A stretch of 57,916 nucleotides of DNA, counting the filler, from Basidiobolus ranarum (taxonomy: Eukaryota): NCBI GenBank assembly GCA_040143965.1. It is 7 parts of 7 records of this genome, joined end to end, with 100 filler letters (N's around TTAATTAATTAA, not from the genome) between each part and the next. Parts side by side here need not be neighbours in the genome. Positions count along the whole stretch, not along the records: positions 1 to 8,211 come from JASJQH010001000.1; positions 8,312 to 16,514 come from JASJQH010001001.1; 5 more parts are not named here. One strand, written 5' to 3'. The notes beneath the pieces are model-generated. The model had not been told where the DNA came from. It did not search any database and saw nothing but the letters and a program-made list of their open reading frames with translations. The first letter of the stretch is position 1; every line of letters starts with the position of its first letter. Made by a program: the position numbers and the translations under genes. Below, one piece after another: positions 1 to 13,172 of the stretch.

Positions 1-110
1 CTACTATATAAGTCACCATATACTCTTAAGAATAAACTAACTAAAACACACTATCATAAGTTGCTTCTAATACTCAAAGTCTACCCCCATTATGTCAAGA
101 TCCTCCAACA

Positions 111-647
111 GAGAGAAAGGGATCAGAACTTATATTTATGCACAAACCTCTTGGATTATATGAAAGTTTGTATAAGTTGTTCAAATGAAGAATTTATTCA
201 ATTATGGCATAAGAGATTGGGCCATATTGGATTTGATTATTTGAGCAAGATGATCAAATATTTCCTAATATCTGGAATTCAAATTGAACTCCCAACCAAA
301 ATGGAAATTTGTGAGAGTTGTATATATGGAAAACAAGCCAGGTAACCATTCAAGTGCTCTGGTTTAATCAAATCTGTCAAAAAATTGGATCTAATTCATT
401 CAGATTTATGTGGACCTATGCAAAATTTATCTTTAGATGGAAAAAGATATTTAATCACATTTATTGATGATTATACAAGCTACACTGGGGTCTACTTTAT
501 AGAAAGAAAGAGGAAGCTCTGTCAATCTTTAGAGATTTTAAATCACATCATTGCTGATATATTAACCAAACTATTAGCTGGACAGAGATTTAAGAAATTT
601 AGACCTTCCTTGAGATTAGTTTATATCACTATTTATTCAAGGGGGAG
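111..647 (+). mobile_element. Ty1/Copia retrotransposon internal remnant: GAG-pre-integrase and integrase N-part joined by deletion to the RNase H C-terminus, then the PPT
   Basis: LWHKRLGH..CESC zinc-binding motif; DLIHSDLCGPM..YLITFIDDY integrase core; jump at about 547 to IIADILTK..RFKKFR (Copia RNase H end); in-frame stop at 343-345 and a frameshift; polypurine tract AAGGGGGAG at 639-647. Confidence 0.92.
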
Positions 648-995
648 TATTGAAATTGGCATTACCTAAACACTTATATAGTCATATATAGCTCAGTGCT
701 TAGTCATCTTATAATTCAGTAAGATATTATCAATTACTCTCAATTGGAATTTACTTCAAATATTTTTACCAACCTAGAAGTTCTCAGATATATAGATTTT
801 TCAAACTTGTGCTAGAAGCCCCAAACTTTGTACACATGTTCCTAGGACCTTCCTTAACACATTCTACATGTTAGTTAGCTTGCATCTTGACAAAACTATA
901 AATGTCAACTCTCTACCCAATAAATCAACAAGTGAAAACCACCAATTTCTCTAATACTCCAAACCACTTCCAACAGGCTCCCAAATACTTTAACA
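648..995 (+). mobile_element. 3' LTR of the Copia element
   Basis: Directly follows the PPT; begins TATTGAAATT (TGTTGAAATT in other copies), ends TTTAACA; contains TATAAAT and AATAAA; homologous copies elsewhere in the window. Confidence 0.9.
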
Positions 996-1183
996 GATAT
1001 TACCCATTATTCTCAATCAGATTTTACTTAGAATATTGACATCAACTTAGAAATTCTCAAATATATAGATTTTTCAAACTTGTGCTCGAAGCCCCAAAGT
1101 TTGCACACAGGTTCCTGGGACCCTCCTTAATACATTCTACACATTAGTTTGCTTACATCTGGACAAAAGTATAAATGTTAACT
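996..1183 (+). mobile_element. Partial second copy of the same LTR family (probable host of a nested insertion)
   Basis: Aligns with about 723-910 of the adjacent LTR and starts directly after its terminal CA. Confidence 0.85.
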
Positions 1184-1486
1184 AATTTAAATACTGCCAA
1201 GAAATTATAGTTGGCGTCAGAAAAGTTCGAAAACTGAGTGCATAATAATAGAATGCAACAAATAATTGGCGTGATGGTAAAAAATGTGGTTCCCCAGTCA
1301 ATTAGTAGTTTTTAAGCCAGCCTTATTAAAGTTCAGACTGTAAGCAGTCACTCGATTGAAACTTACTGGCTGGATTGTCATTACGATTTGAATGAAAAAA
1401 AGGCATATTTGTTCACTTGGTGTGCGATATTGAAAAATCGAAAAACATTCCAGAAAAAAAAACCATGAATCAGTTATTCTACAAAG

Positions 1487-3050
1487 ATGTTGAGTCTATC
1501 ACACACTTTCGTTCGTGCGTTCAGAACTATTCACACTATGACCAAGGTAATATTAACAACAACCATTCATACATTGAAATGTATCTAAATCTCTCATATT
1601 TAGACTATTGGAACTCATAATGGAACTTTCCATTGGTACGATCATACTCTCTCTGCGTATTTTATCCCCCTCTCATTAATATCTTCCTATTAGCGATGAA
1701 GCCCTTGGACTTTATCTGATGAAATTAACAGAAGGATTCAAAGATGCCAGTAGGTTTCTCTCCTTAGCTTTGTAAGATCCTCCCTTATTTATAAATTGAA
1801 CAATAGAAATTATTCGCACACGTGACGAGAGTAGATTGGCTGAATGCGATGCCGTTATTGATGTTGGCGGTGAATACATCCCAGAAAAGTTACGCTTTGA
1901 TCATCATCAGGTTCGTTCTCATTGTTCGTTTGTTGAGGAATTTTCAAATAACACTTTCCAATTTTAGCGTGGTTTCGGTGAATTTTTCTCGAGTGATTTC
2001 AAAACTAAATTGAGCAGTGCTGGTTTAATATACAAGTATGTCTGTGCTGTATTATTATTAGGAGAAAATCCATATTGACTCTGTTTCGACTAGGCATTTT
2101 GGAAAAGAAATCATTGCGGACCAATTATCCTTGTCAAAGGATGATTCCAACGTAGAGATTCTTTACCAAAAAATGTACAAGGTAAGTCCAGTATCATCAG
2201 CATATAGAGAGTATACGGAACAGTACTAACAGTTCTAATTAAGGATTTTGTGGAGGCTTTGGATGCTATTGATAATGGTATCTCCCAATACCCCCAAGAT
2301 ATCGAACCCAAGTATGAAGATAGAACCGATCTTGCTGCTCGTGTCGGTCGCTTGAACCCTTGGTGGAACCAGACTGATGTAGACTTGGATGTAAAGCGCT
2401 GATCTCTGTAAATGTGTTTCTTCTTGACTCCCTTTCTAACTTTTGCATGATAGTCTCGATTCGAACAAGCCATGGAACTTGCTGGCAGCGAGTTCATCGA
2501 AAGGCTTCGTTTCCTTGGCCTTGCTTGGTTACCTGCTCGTGACCTTGTTGTCAAAGCAGTTGACACTCGTCAGGAGGTTCACGAAAGTGGGCAAATATTG
2601 ATTTTTGATAGCCCATGCCCTTGGAAGGTATGTCCACGTATGAGTCTGCATTGAAACATAGTAACCTAACAATTCATTACTCTATCACTCATGTAGGAGC
2701 ATTTGTTTGAGATCGAAAAAGAGAAGAACATAGAGAACAAGCCCCTCTATGTTTTGTTCCCTGACGGCCTTAGCGGAGCTTACAGAATTCAAGCAGTTCC
2801 TTCCTCTCCCAACTCTTTCGAGTCTCGTCGCGCCCTCCCAGAAGCGTGGCGTGGATACCGTGATAGCGAACTTTCCGAGAAATCACAGATTCAGGTCAGT
2901 TTAATTATTATTTGAGCCTACATATCTTAAGTATCTTACAAATACGTGTTATTCTAGGGATGTGTGTTCGTTCATCACAGTGGATTCATTGGTGGTAACC
3001 AAACCAAGGATGGTGCTCTTATGATGGCCATCAAGGCTTTGGATATGTAA
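1487..3050 (+). CDS. MYG1: MYG1 family exonuclease (UPF0160), multi-exon
   Basis: Spliced exons give [65 protein letters not shown] introns; stop TAA at 3048-3050. Confidence 0.95.
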
Positions 3051-3180
3051 ACTGTTTGGTGTTTATTTCAGCCTAGTTAGATTTTATTCTTATCTTTTCT
3101 TCCCAATAAAGACAATAAATACTAGCCCACAGTGCATCGCAAATTTTATGTTTTGGTGGAGATGACTATAGTAGATGGCT

Positions 3181-4058
3181 TTATTTCCATAATCCGTCTT
3201 TAATGGGCGTTTTCTGGCACTTGCCTATAGTTTCTATGGAACTTTTAACTATTTCTGAGTGAAGATCTTCAATAGATTTTCGGGCATCCAGTACCTATAG
3301 GAATACGTTAACTAAATGTACTGGAGAAACAAATAGTGACTGTCTTACTTTCCAGGAAGGCTCTTGCATCTTCAGAAAGAGTTCTCGTACTTTTTCTTGC
3401 ATACTCCTTTTCTCATATCGTTCCTCTCCAAAGCCATCTCGCTCAGAAGTACCTTCAATAGGCATATCCAAGAGGAATACGATGTCAGGTTGTACAAGGC
3501 CAACATCAGGATTTTGACACCATTTAAGATCCAAGCCCTACAAACATTGATATAATCACTTTGGATTTAAGGATGTATTGGCTTGAACCAACCTACCTTG
3601 GCGACAGAGAAAGCAACTCCGGAGAAAGCATAGCGATCGACAACAATAGTTATTCCACTGATGAGTTTTTCTCTTACATCATTCCTGACAAAATAAGTAA
3701 GTTTTAGTTGGTGTAATTGGCGAATATTTCGAGATCTTAACTGACATTGCTTCCCAACGATTAGCGGAAAACAGTAAATGGATAGTTTGATCATCAAGAT
3801 CTTGACCGCTTTTCAGATACTGATCAATCATTTTACCAATGGTAGTATCTCGATCTAATACCAAATTGTTAGAACACCTTCGAAATATATAAATTACTTG
3901 AAGTAAATACTAGGAAATTTCATAAGCTCAGAGGCAATCCCAGTAGCACGCAAATGTTCAACGAGTTTTGAACTTTGTGTCGTTTTTCCACAACGATCAC
4001 ACCCCTCAAATAAAATAAACGCGCCACGTTTGGCAGCCGAGCGTCCAAATGTTGCCAT
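3181..4058 (-). CDS. CDC8: Thymidylate kinase (dTMP kinase), multi-exon
   Basis: [19 protein letters not shown]-loop, [31 protein letters not shown]; ends DGLWK-stop; convergent with MYG1. Confidence 0.95.
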
Positions 4059-4787
4059 CTCAATAGGTGCGAATGGGTGAATGTAGCCAAGTTTGAGTCC
4101 TCATTCCCAGAGTAAATTGTGGCTTTAGTTTAGCTTGTAAATTTATTTGAACCAATCAAAAGTCAATTATTGACACTGATTGTTTTTGATAACTTCATGA
4201 TTTGCCTTTGTAAATAGAGTAGCAATAATTCAGTATTCAATCAAGCAATGCGCTAATATTTCAACTCTATCAGAATAGTATTCATCTCACGTAAGATAAA
4301 TCGTATTATACAAGCAACAATTTTCCCAAACAAAGCCCCTTTTACCTCTGTCAACCTCTTGGAGTTTACAAGATTTAAGGTGGCTTGTCAAATCAAGTTT
4401 ATTCTATTTTTACGCTTTACTGATACCAACGGTTCAGGGAGAGTAACACTGAAAGCCATGAATATTTTATGTAAAACCTAGATCAAACATTCAGACTCAT
4501 TGCTTATTCTGACTTTCCCCTTTGTTATTTATTAGTCTCTATTTTTGACGCTCACTTATTACTTTGCAGTTAGTTCTACTCTTGGCGGATTTGTAGAGCG
4601 TCTTATTCCTCCCCACAGCTCAATACAGAGCTACTGATATTCAGAGAGTAAACGCTTTAACATCTTTGTGTATTATCTTTGTTAGTATTCCTGCTTGGTT
4701 TAGGAACGTCATTACTTGGAGCTCTTTAAATCGTGCATATCTTAAATTGCCAGTGGTAATATTTAGCGTATCTTAACATACGCAATA

Positions 4788-7747
4788 ATGTCCAACACCG
4801 ACTCGAATACAGGAATTGCTGGGAGAGAGGGAAGTAATTTAATTACTTCACCTTTAACCTATTTCCTGTCAAAAGAAACTGATAAGCATCCCTTATCTGA
4901 ATCTGATACCGAGAGTGACCTACCTTTATACCTTGAATCCGTAAGCGAAACTTGTAGTTACAACAGTTCTGTAGATATTAAGAGTCAAAAAATCGGGCAT
5001 ACTTTCTCAGTAGACACTCCAGAAACTAGCTCTCCATGTTTGGAAGACGCTTCGAATTTAAACTTTCAGCACTCTTTATCGAACATCCATCTACTTTCGG
5101 ATGCAGCGCTTACTAAACTAATAGCCTCAAGTTCACCTGCTCTTATTCATCGGATTATCAGCTCCTATTGCTCCGATATACGCCGAGCTCATACTATCCT
5201 TGCCGAAAAAGATATTGAGATAAAGAGTATCCGTGAACAGTGGTCAAGATTAAATCATTCCACTAGTGATTCACATCTTAATCAGAATATTCACAAACAC
5301 TCATTCAATGTCACCATAGATAAACAACTTGAAGTTGAGACTGATACAGACTCTGGATGGTTTCTTGAATCTCGCTCTTCGGATTATTCTATGGAAACTG
5401 ATCAACCACGAACCTCTTCTTCGTCAGTTCCTAGCACACCTTTTCGTACGCCTAGTCCATTATCCTCATCTTCTACCTGGCCTAAGCACTCACGATCTCT
5501 CAGTCTCTCTTCTCCAATTCCGTCTATTAACTCTCATAGCCCTGTACGAACATCCATTGAAAATCCGACAGTAGACCTGCTTCAAGCGAATTCGAAACAA
5601 AGTCAGTGCGAGGATCCAACGGAGAACAAACTCAACGACGAGGTAGATCATAGTACAACCAACCCCAATGGATACCAACCGTCCTTGGCTAGGGAGCACA
5701 ACTTGCACACCACTGATGATATCATCTCGGTATGTTCATCTAAAGTAGAGGTCAATCCATGTTCAATGGAGTATATGGATGGTCGAGAGGAAACCCCAAC
5801 ACCAAATTATCTACTACCCACAAAGCTCACATCAAGTGAACCTAGATCCCGACCTCTTCATTTCAAAGCCATTGCTCTTGCCATTAAATTGCTAAATCCC
5901 GATGGCAGTGCCCCTGCTAAGCTCTATATCAATTCCAAGAGAATGTCCACTCTCTTATCCGGATGGACTATAGATCTTTTAAATGGTGAGAAGACACGAA
6001 CACCCAGCATCATCAACACATGCTCAACCGAAGAAGCTACTCTTTGTCAAGAATTGTCCGAGAAATCCCGAAAATCCATTTACCTTGATAATTTCAAACT
6101 TAATGGACGTACAAACGTGTCCAAATTACCAGTAGGAATAGATAATCCAAGGACTAAGGAAAGCAGATGTCCATCCAGCACTACAAACAATCTTGCAGCG
6201 AATATTAAAATTCCCTCAAATAAAACTACCCCGCTAGAGCCCAAATCTATTCCTCGATACTCCCACTTGTCTCTAGTTAAACCCGAAATACTTTACCCTA
6301 TTGACTGTCATGGTTTCTATTCCAACACCACATTACTTGCTTCCACAGGAAATCCTACTCATGCTTTATATTCACCCCCTAACTCACCAACCATCACTCC
6401 AGCCACAATCACCGTGACTAAGGATACTTCTCAAAATCCCTCTGTTCACCAATTACTGGCAGAGCTGATGGATATGCACGATGTACCTCAAGTGTCACAA
6501 AAAGAGAAATGGGATGCATTCGTTGAGCGAAGAAGGGCCGCATTAGCCAAAGAAATCAACGGTGGTGATGGAACCATCGTAGCTGAACAGGGGATAAGCT
6601 TAATTGGGATGGGTGAAGCTGAGTATAAAGAATTCAAGAAGTTAGTACGTGCGGGTATTCCAGCTATATATCGAGCCAAGGTATGGGAAGAATGCGCCGG
6701 TGCTTACGATCGGAAGAAAGTAGGCTATTACTCGGGACTTTTAGCTAGACACGAAGATCGGAAGTCGATATTTTTGAACCAAATAGAATTGGTATGCTTT
6801 ATAAAGATTATTGAGATTTTATGTTGTTTCGAACATTCACTGGATGTGAGTGTATTGCACTCTCACTCCTTGTAGTATTTAGTGAACTTGGATTGAGGAG
6901 TGATAATATGATCAAGTCGAATAACCTCCTCCAAAACTAGGATTTACCTCGAACCTTCCCTAATAATCATTTTTTTGGGAGAAATGGAGATGGCATCAAA
7001 AAACTACGAAGAATCCTGGTGGCTTACAGTTGGTGAGGACTAACGATTACAACCTTCATTCAAACTACTCTTAATCGATTCCTTTATTACCAGGCATAAT
7101 CCGTCGATTGGTTATTGCCAAGGAATGAACCTAATTGCCGCCACACTACTATTGACGGAATCCAACGAAGAAGATGCATTCTGGACACTTCTTTGTTTAA
7201 TAGAGCATATCCTTCCATCTGAATATTATGCTGGTCAACATTTAGTGTTTCAAGCTGACCAGCGAGTACTCGAGGAACTGGTAAAAGAGACTTTGCCAAG
7301 TTTAGACAGTCACTTTGGCAAACTAGGCGTAGATCTTGGTGCGGTGACTTCCAGCTGGTTCTTAACCATCTACGCCAACTGTTTCCCACCAGAAACGCTG
7401 TTTCGTGTGTGGGATATTTTTTTCACTCAGGGGATGATTACTCTCTTCCGAGTGGCAGTTGCCCTGCTTAAAATTCATGAAAAGAGGCTGCTAAGATGCC
7501 AGAACAGCGATGGCGTGTATGATTTTCTTAACTCCATGACTGCGTGCCCAGTAGAACAACTCATAGAGGTATGCCACTTTTATCTGGCTCATCGATAGTC
7601 ACATACTAATATTTCCACTTGTGGCCGTAGGTTGCATTTGTCTCCTTGAAGCCTTCCATCAAACGTTCTGTAGTCCAGTCGAAACGGGATCGGCATACGC
7701 GTCCGATTAAGAAAGAATTCGACATGCTGAAAGATGTAGCTAGTTAG
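4788..7747 (+). CDS. TBC-domain Rab GTPase-activating protein with a long Ser/Thr-rich N-terminus
   Basis: LVRAGIPAIYRAKVW, QIEL|DLPRTFP (spliced), GYCQGMNLIAA, LFRVWDIFF; last exon 7631-7747; start codon not certain. Confidence 0.92.
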
Positions 7748-8211
7748 CTAGTACCAAACCCACTTATGCATAAAGCTGGTCCTTTCCTACCAATCCACCA
7801 ATCACTGAAGGCTGGCTGCTTTAAGACATTTTGTGATCATGCTATGAGTTTTTTATTAGTAAACCAGAATAAAGCAATATTCTTTCTCTATGTGGGTGGA
7901 GTAGGTGATACTGTGTTTGATTCGAGCTGGCGGTATATATATCTGCTGGCCAATAAAAATCCACCAAAGTTGTGATCAGGGTGAATCGATTGATCTCAGA
8001 CATGTAGGATCCTTTGTTCGTCTCGCGAATGAGACTTACCTCATTGGATACTTCTATTCCGAGTTAGCATGAACGGAGCACCAACTGTCAAGACGTTCAT
8101 GCTAGGAGAGACAGTTCGGCATAAATCAGCTGAACCAATGAAAAAAAGCCGAGTAAAGGTAGAACAACAGAGATACCACAATATGGATATGGAGCGACTT
8201 CGATCTCTCAT

Positions 8212-8311
8212 NNNNNNNNNNNNNNNNNNNNNNNNNNNNNNNNNNNNNNNNNNNNTTAATTAATTAANNNNNNNNNNNNNNNNNNNNNNNNNNNNNNNNN
8301 NNNNNNNNNNN
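8212..8311. other. Artificial contig linker
   Basis: N44-TTAATTAATTAA-N44, stops in all six frames. Confidence 0.99.
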
Positions 8312-8975
8312 TGAAAACCTGGAGTTTGAAAGAAGTCACAATTCCGTATGAACCCTGACCACCACCACGTAAAGCCCAGAAAAGATCAGCATTTGATTTC
8401 TTGTTAGCGACCAAAAGTTTACCATTTGCGTTGACAATCTCAATTTCTAATACATTGTCTGAAACCATTCCATGTTTTCTGGAATATGGCCCAAAGCCAC
8501 CTCCCAAAGCGTGACCGCCGATTCCAACCAAGGGACAGGTTCCAGCGGGTATACCAAAACCTCCGTTTTTGAATAACGTGTAATATACTGAACCGAGCAA
8601 ACTTCCTGCGCCAACAACTGCCGATTTAGACTTGCTATCAACATTGATCGTATTCAATTTGGATAGATCAACAATGACGTCTCCATTACGTCCTCCTTGA
8701 GAGTAACCTTCATATGAGTGGCCACCACTTCTTGCTGAGATGGTATTGTTATTTTGAACTGCACACTTGACAGCATTTTGCACGTCTTTAGTATTTCTAG
8801 CAACGACATATAATAGCGGCTTGAAGTTCAGACGATTGTTAAAGTTGAAGTTGACTTTAGCGAAACCACCATTGGATTGATTTATAATAGGGGTACCAGA
8901 TTTCTTGAAGCAATTTTCAATACTGCTACCGAAGGCCAACGATGGCAAAATGGCAAGCAAAAAGAGTGACTTCAT
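8312..8975 (-). CDS. Secreted FAD-linked oxidase (berberine-bridge-enzyme/AA7-like), 3' end cut by the contig break
   Basis: Signal peptide MKSLFLLAILPSLAFG; RSGGHSYEG and AGTCPLVGIGGHALGGG (His and Cys for covalent FAD); DLFWALRGGG; no introns in the visible part. Confidence 0.92.
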
Positions 8976-10490
8976 TGCCAAACGAGCTAGTTCTGATTTC
9001 TACATCTTCACCGCGAGTGATATTTATAGCAAAGAGTACAAACTTTTCAAATTGATGGCGCACCCTCATGGTGTACAGTATGCAGGATACCGTCCTGGAA
9101 TAGCAAACAGTGAACATGTATTTACCAACCGATAAGAATAATTAATTTGTACCACCCTCGAGACTTGTGCTTCCTTTAGTAAATTCTCTCGTCAGAATAG
9201 AATCATGGAAGTGAAGCACACTTGTGGATTGGTGATTATTCTGGTCCAGCTGAATCCAAAAGCTATATTTGGTGAACATGCGTCAAAAGATGAGTAAAAG
9301 CCCCACCCGATCATACTTAGGGCACCAAAATTTAGTCATCTCTATTTGGAATGACCTATAATTGTAGATTGGATGGGCTTGGACTAATAGGGCATATTGA
9401 ATACGAACTCAGCACGGTTGATCTGAGCCACAATTACATGCTGTAAATATTTTGCGCTTATGTTGTTCAAAGGCTGGCCAAACTATCTCAGTCGGTAAGA
9501 TCCAATCCTTGTATTCAAATCTGCATCTCACAGAATCCGGGAGATCTGTTGGCTGGCAGTGGCACTAACACGCTTGAGCTGAAATTGACGGTAGGCCAAG
9601 TGTAATACCACTTGTACTAATTATCGGTTCGCTTTTATAACCCCAGCATGATACTACTAATATCATAATCCCTTAAAGCGAATATAAATACTCCATTTAA
9701 ACAGAAGAATCAAGTTTAGGAAAGAGAAGTCGATTATTCAGATTTAGTCCTAACCAAAGCATATTCTCATCACTTCAAGGTGCTGGTAACAAATAAATTC
9801 ATGCATATACAAGAAAGCGCCGAGATCGATTATGCGTGAAGTATTGGATTCTACACACATAGCTACGTTACATTGGAAAATAATGAAGCACTTGGATAAA
9901 GCTAGTTGTGTTCAGATAGTACGATCTTATCTTACGGATATCAACAACTAGGTAACTGTGAATCGAGACCTTGCCCCATATTGAGATTTGAACTTGTCCC
10001 TGCTCCTACATAACTACATAGTAACAAAATCAGCGCAGCACTGTGGTTTAATCAATCACCCAGCCTAAATCTACTTTGATCCCTTAGCATCGAAGATTTC
10101 CAAATTACTGCTATATTGAGAATGGTTCGGGATGCAGTGCTTTCATAGTGAAGGATTTGGAGCTAAGGAATTGGACAAGAAAATGATTTTTCATAAGGTT
10201 TCCATCGCATAAGAGTTACTCGCATTACAACATCATCTGTAGACAACACAGTTGGAGTTCTAATCATTCACATTAAGGTAAAGCCTAGGTGTGTAGTTCA
10301 TTACTATGCGCGCTCAACTTCATGGCAGATTCTTAAACTGTATCCATGTATATCACTATGGTCTGAATACATATTCCATGAATGCATTGGAATTAAGAAT
10401 ATGAGGATATATTTAATGGCAACAATGAAAGAATCCTCGATAAAACATAATTTGGATATTCTCTTGATGATACCACATATATTGCTGCTC

Positions 10491-10586
10491 ATAACTGATT
10501 CTCTTTTTTTGCAAACATTGTTGAAATAATGATATTTTTGCACCCACGAAATGATTTACTTTTATATTTAACACGCAGCTTAATCA
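10491..10586. repeat. Left arm (core) of an inverted repeat pairing with 12720-12812
   Basis: Reverse complement shares TAAATATAAAAGTAAATCATT and GCAAAAAAAGAGAATCAGTTAT with the right arm; weaker similarity extends outward. Confidence 0.85.
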
Positions 10587-12029
10587 GAGCCTGAATAACA
10601 GTCTTTGGCAGTATGAAGGTGAATCCACTATTCTTTATGATATTACACATATGGATATTCAATATAGTCTGTGATTCGAATTACCGAGTATGATTAAGAG
10701 CCTTTTTGATAACATGGTCTATATTATTGTCTTTGGCTATTTTATTTAAGTCTAGTTTGTTAACACTAATCACTTATATCAGATTTAGTTAATGATCAAT
10801 GTGAATCTTGGAAACTGACAATACAGCAATACAATAAATATTTATGTACTGAAAAGTACTACATATTTCAAGGTGCAAATAGATTGTGGTAAGCAGTTCA
10901 AGCACTAACATCGAGTATCAAGCAGTGTCTTGTAAACCTTTATCTACTCCTGTGCATACATGGGGATTTGCTTACTTTTTTGCCTTGTTTATATACCTGT
11001 CAAAATAAAGTAGCCTTGCCTTAACTACCTCCCCTGTTTTCTTATCTTCCCGAGGTTTTATACCTTTTTATACTAGCATTCTTGTTTTGATGCTTGTTTT
11101 AAAACTTAGCCTTAATTTGTGGCAATCTTGGATATCTGGTCCCCCTTACCCTAATTTTTCCTTTAATTTTCATAGGTATTGTTAACATAACAAGCCACAA
11201 ACGCCTCTTGAGATGGTACTGCACTGTAACAGCCAGGTGGACCATTAGCACTCCTACAGACTGGTACTGTTCTTTATCATTGTTTCAACAATCTTGGCCT
11301 ATGTTATCATCATCCGCTCAATAAGAATTGTTGCATGTTCTATATTGAGCACAAACTAAAGTTGCAATCAACATTCATGAACTAATGGTACAGATTATTC
11401 TGATGATAAAATAGCCTTAATAAGAAATTTGACCCTAACCCTAATATGTCAACCTTTTACTTGAGCTATAAGTATGTTTTGTCACCAAAATTTGGACCTT
11501 ATCAAACAGTTAATTTTTAACCTAAATTTGTTGACAACAATTACTCATACAACAAATGTTAAAAGCAACAATGTTTGATCCTTTGATGATATAATAATTA
11601 TAAACAAAATTATCTTTATATACTGCCTCTTTATCATGGTCACAACATTTGTTAGTGACTTTGTCATCATTGGGTTGGTAGCAGCCCCCTCCATTCAACC
11701 TTAGGGTTAGGGCATGAATAATACACCATAAATGAGCTTCAGACAGTCAACAAAATGAGGGCCTGAGCACCAGCAGTTACAGTATATAATGGGTTACATA
11801 TTGGCCATGTTGACAAGTTGAATGAAGCTCTGGGTTCTTTACTAGCAGGTATGGGAAAATTGATTGCTGTCTCTGAAGAGATCTGTGAAGGTAGCAAGAA
11901 ATGTTACATACATATCTACTTTAGAGCTAACTATTACCCCAAGCCTACATCACTAGCCAATTGGGGAAGTAATATCAAAGCTATAGAGTTAATTGAGTGG
12001 TGATAGTGATAGGTTATGTGGCAAAAATA

Positions 12030-12663
12030 GCAATGTTACCAAAATAGAATATATTATGGATAAAGTTACACCTGATGTATGCATTGTTAAACCTTGATGT
12101 GTAATAAATATTGACAGTGTTAGAGACTATAGCAATCTAGTGGTAGAGCTAGATAGTCCTGTAATCTCAGTACTATGAATAGATGTTGATGTTGTGTATT
12201 TTCTGTACTTTAATGAACATATAGGCTTGTTAATATACTGCAAGGGACAAAAGTGGTCAATGAACCAAGCTTGGTCCAGACCTTTAATGAAATATCCTAA
12301 AGCCAAAAAAGGTACTATGTCCTTTCATATTGAATGCTTTCTTAACCCTGATTTTGACCAAAAGTATGTTTTATTTCTGCTAACATTCCAGGTAATGTTG
12401 TGGAGTTTAAAGACAAAAACTTTGTGGCATAGATGCTAGACTATTCTGTAGATGCTGTGAATGATTTTAATCTTGAACATATACAGGTAATAGCACATAA
12501 TGGAGGTGGTTGTGACTTCCATCACTTGCTAACTTCTATGCACCATCCAAGAATACTTAAGAGTATTCCAATAAGAAACAATCACTTTATCGGCTTTGCC
12601 TTAAAGCGTAAGAAAATCCAGTGTAAGAATAAGGATTCACTTAATTTCGTATTATGCTCATAG
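12030..12663 (+). pseudogene. Decayed protein-primed family B DNA polymerase (exonuclease region), Polinton/Maverick-, virus- or linear-plasmid-like
   Basis: Motifs in the expected order: SF(H)IECF (ExoI-like), VVEF, IAHNGGGCDFHHLL (ExoII HNxxxFD-like), RNNHFI, KDSLNFVLCS; broken by stops and a frameshift. Confidence 0.75.
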
Positions 12664-12719
12664 AACCACATGCTTCAAAATATATATATATAATATAATT
12701 GGAATTGAAAGAAAAGTTA

Positions 12720-12812
12720 TGATCAAGCGGTGCTAAATATAAAAGTAAATCATTCATGGGTACAGAGATAACGTCATTTCAAAAATACTGGCAAAAAAAG
12801 AGAATCAGTTAT
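12720..12812. repeat. Right arm (core) of an inverted repeat pairing with 10491-10586
   Basis: Aligns to the reverse complement of the left arm, roughly 80% identity by eye. Confidence 0.85.
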
Positions 12813-13172
12813 TGGCCATAATGTAATTGTAATCAATCAAATCTATAAATTGATAGCTTTGATAGTACTACAGAAAAATTATAAAAGAAGTTACCACTTC
12901 TCTGAGTGCTCATTAAACTACATTATGAGCATGAATAGATACACCGTCATGCGGAGCAAAGAAATTTGCTTGAGCACAATGTATGAATATTAGAGTGAGT
13001 TAGAGAATATTTCAATACTGCATCGGAATATAGGTTGCCAAATACTAATCGCAAAGAGAGTACAAATAATACAAATTTTATTATGATTTATTTGATGAGT
13101 ATTTTACAATACTCTGTATAAGCCCAAGGTACAAAAACCTTCCTCAACTGCTGTCACATCTTTCTTACATAT

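Noticed and set aside
2111-2566. 151-aa minus-strand ORF
   Set aside because: Antisense shadow of MYG1 exons and introns
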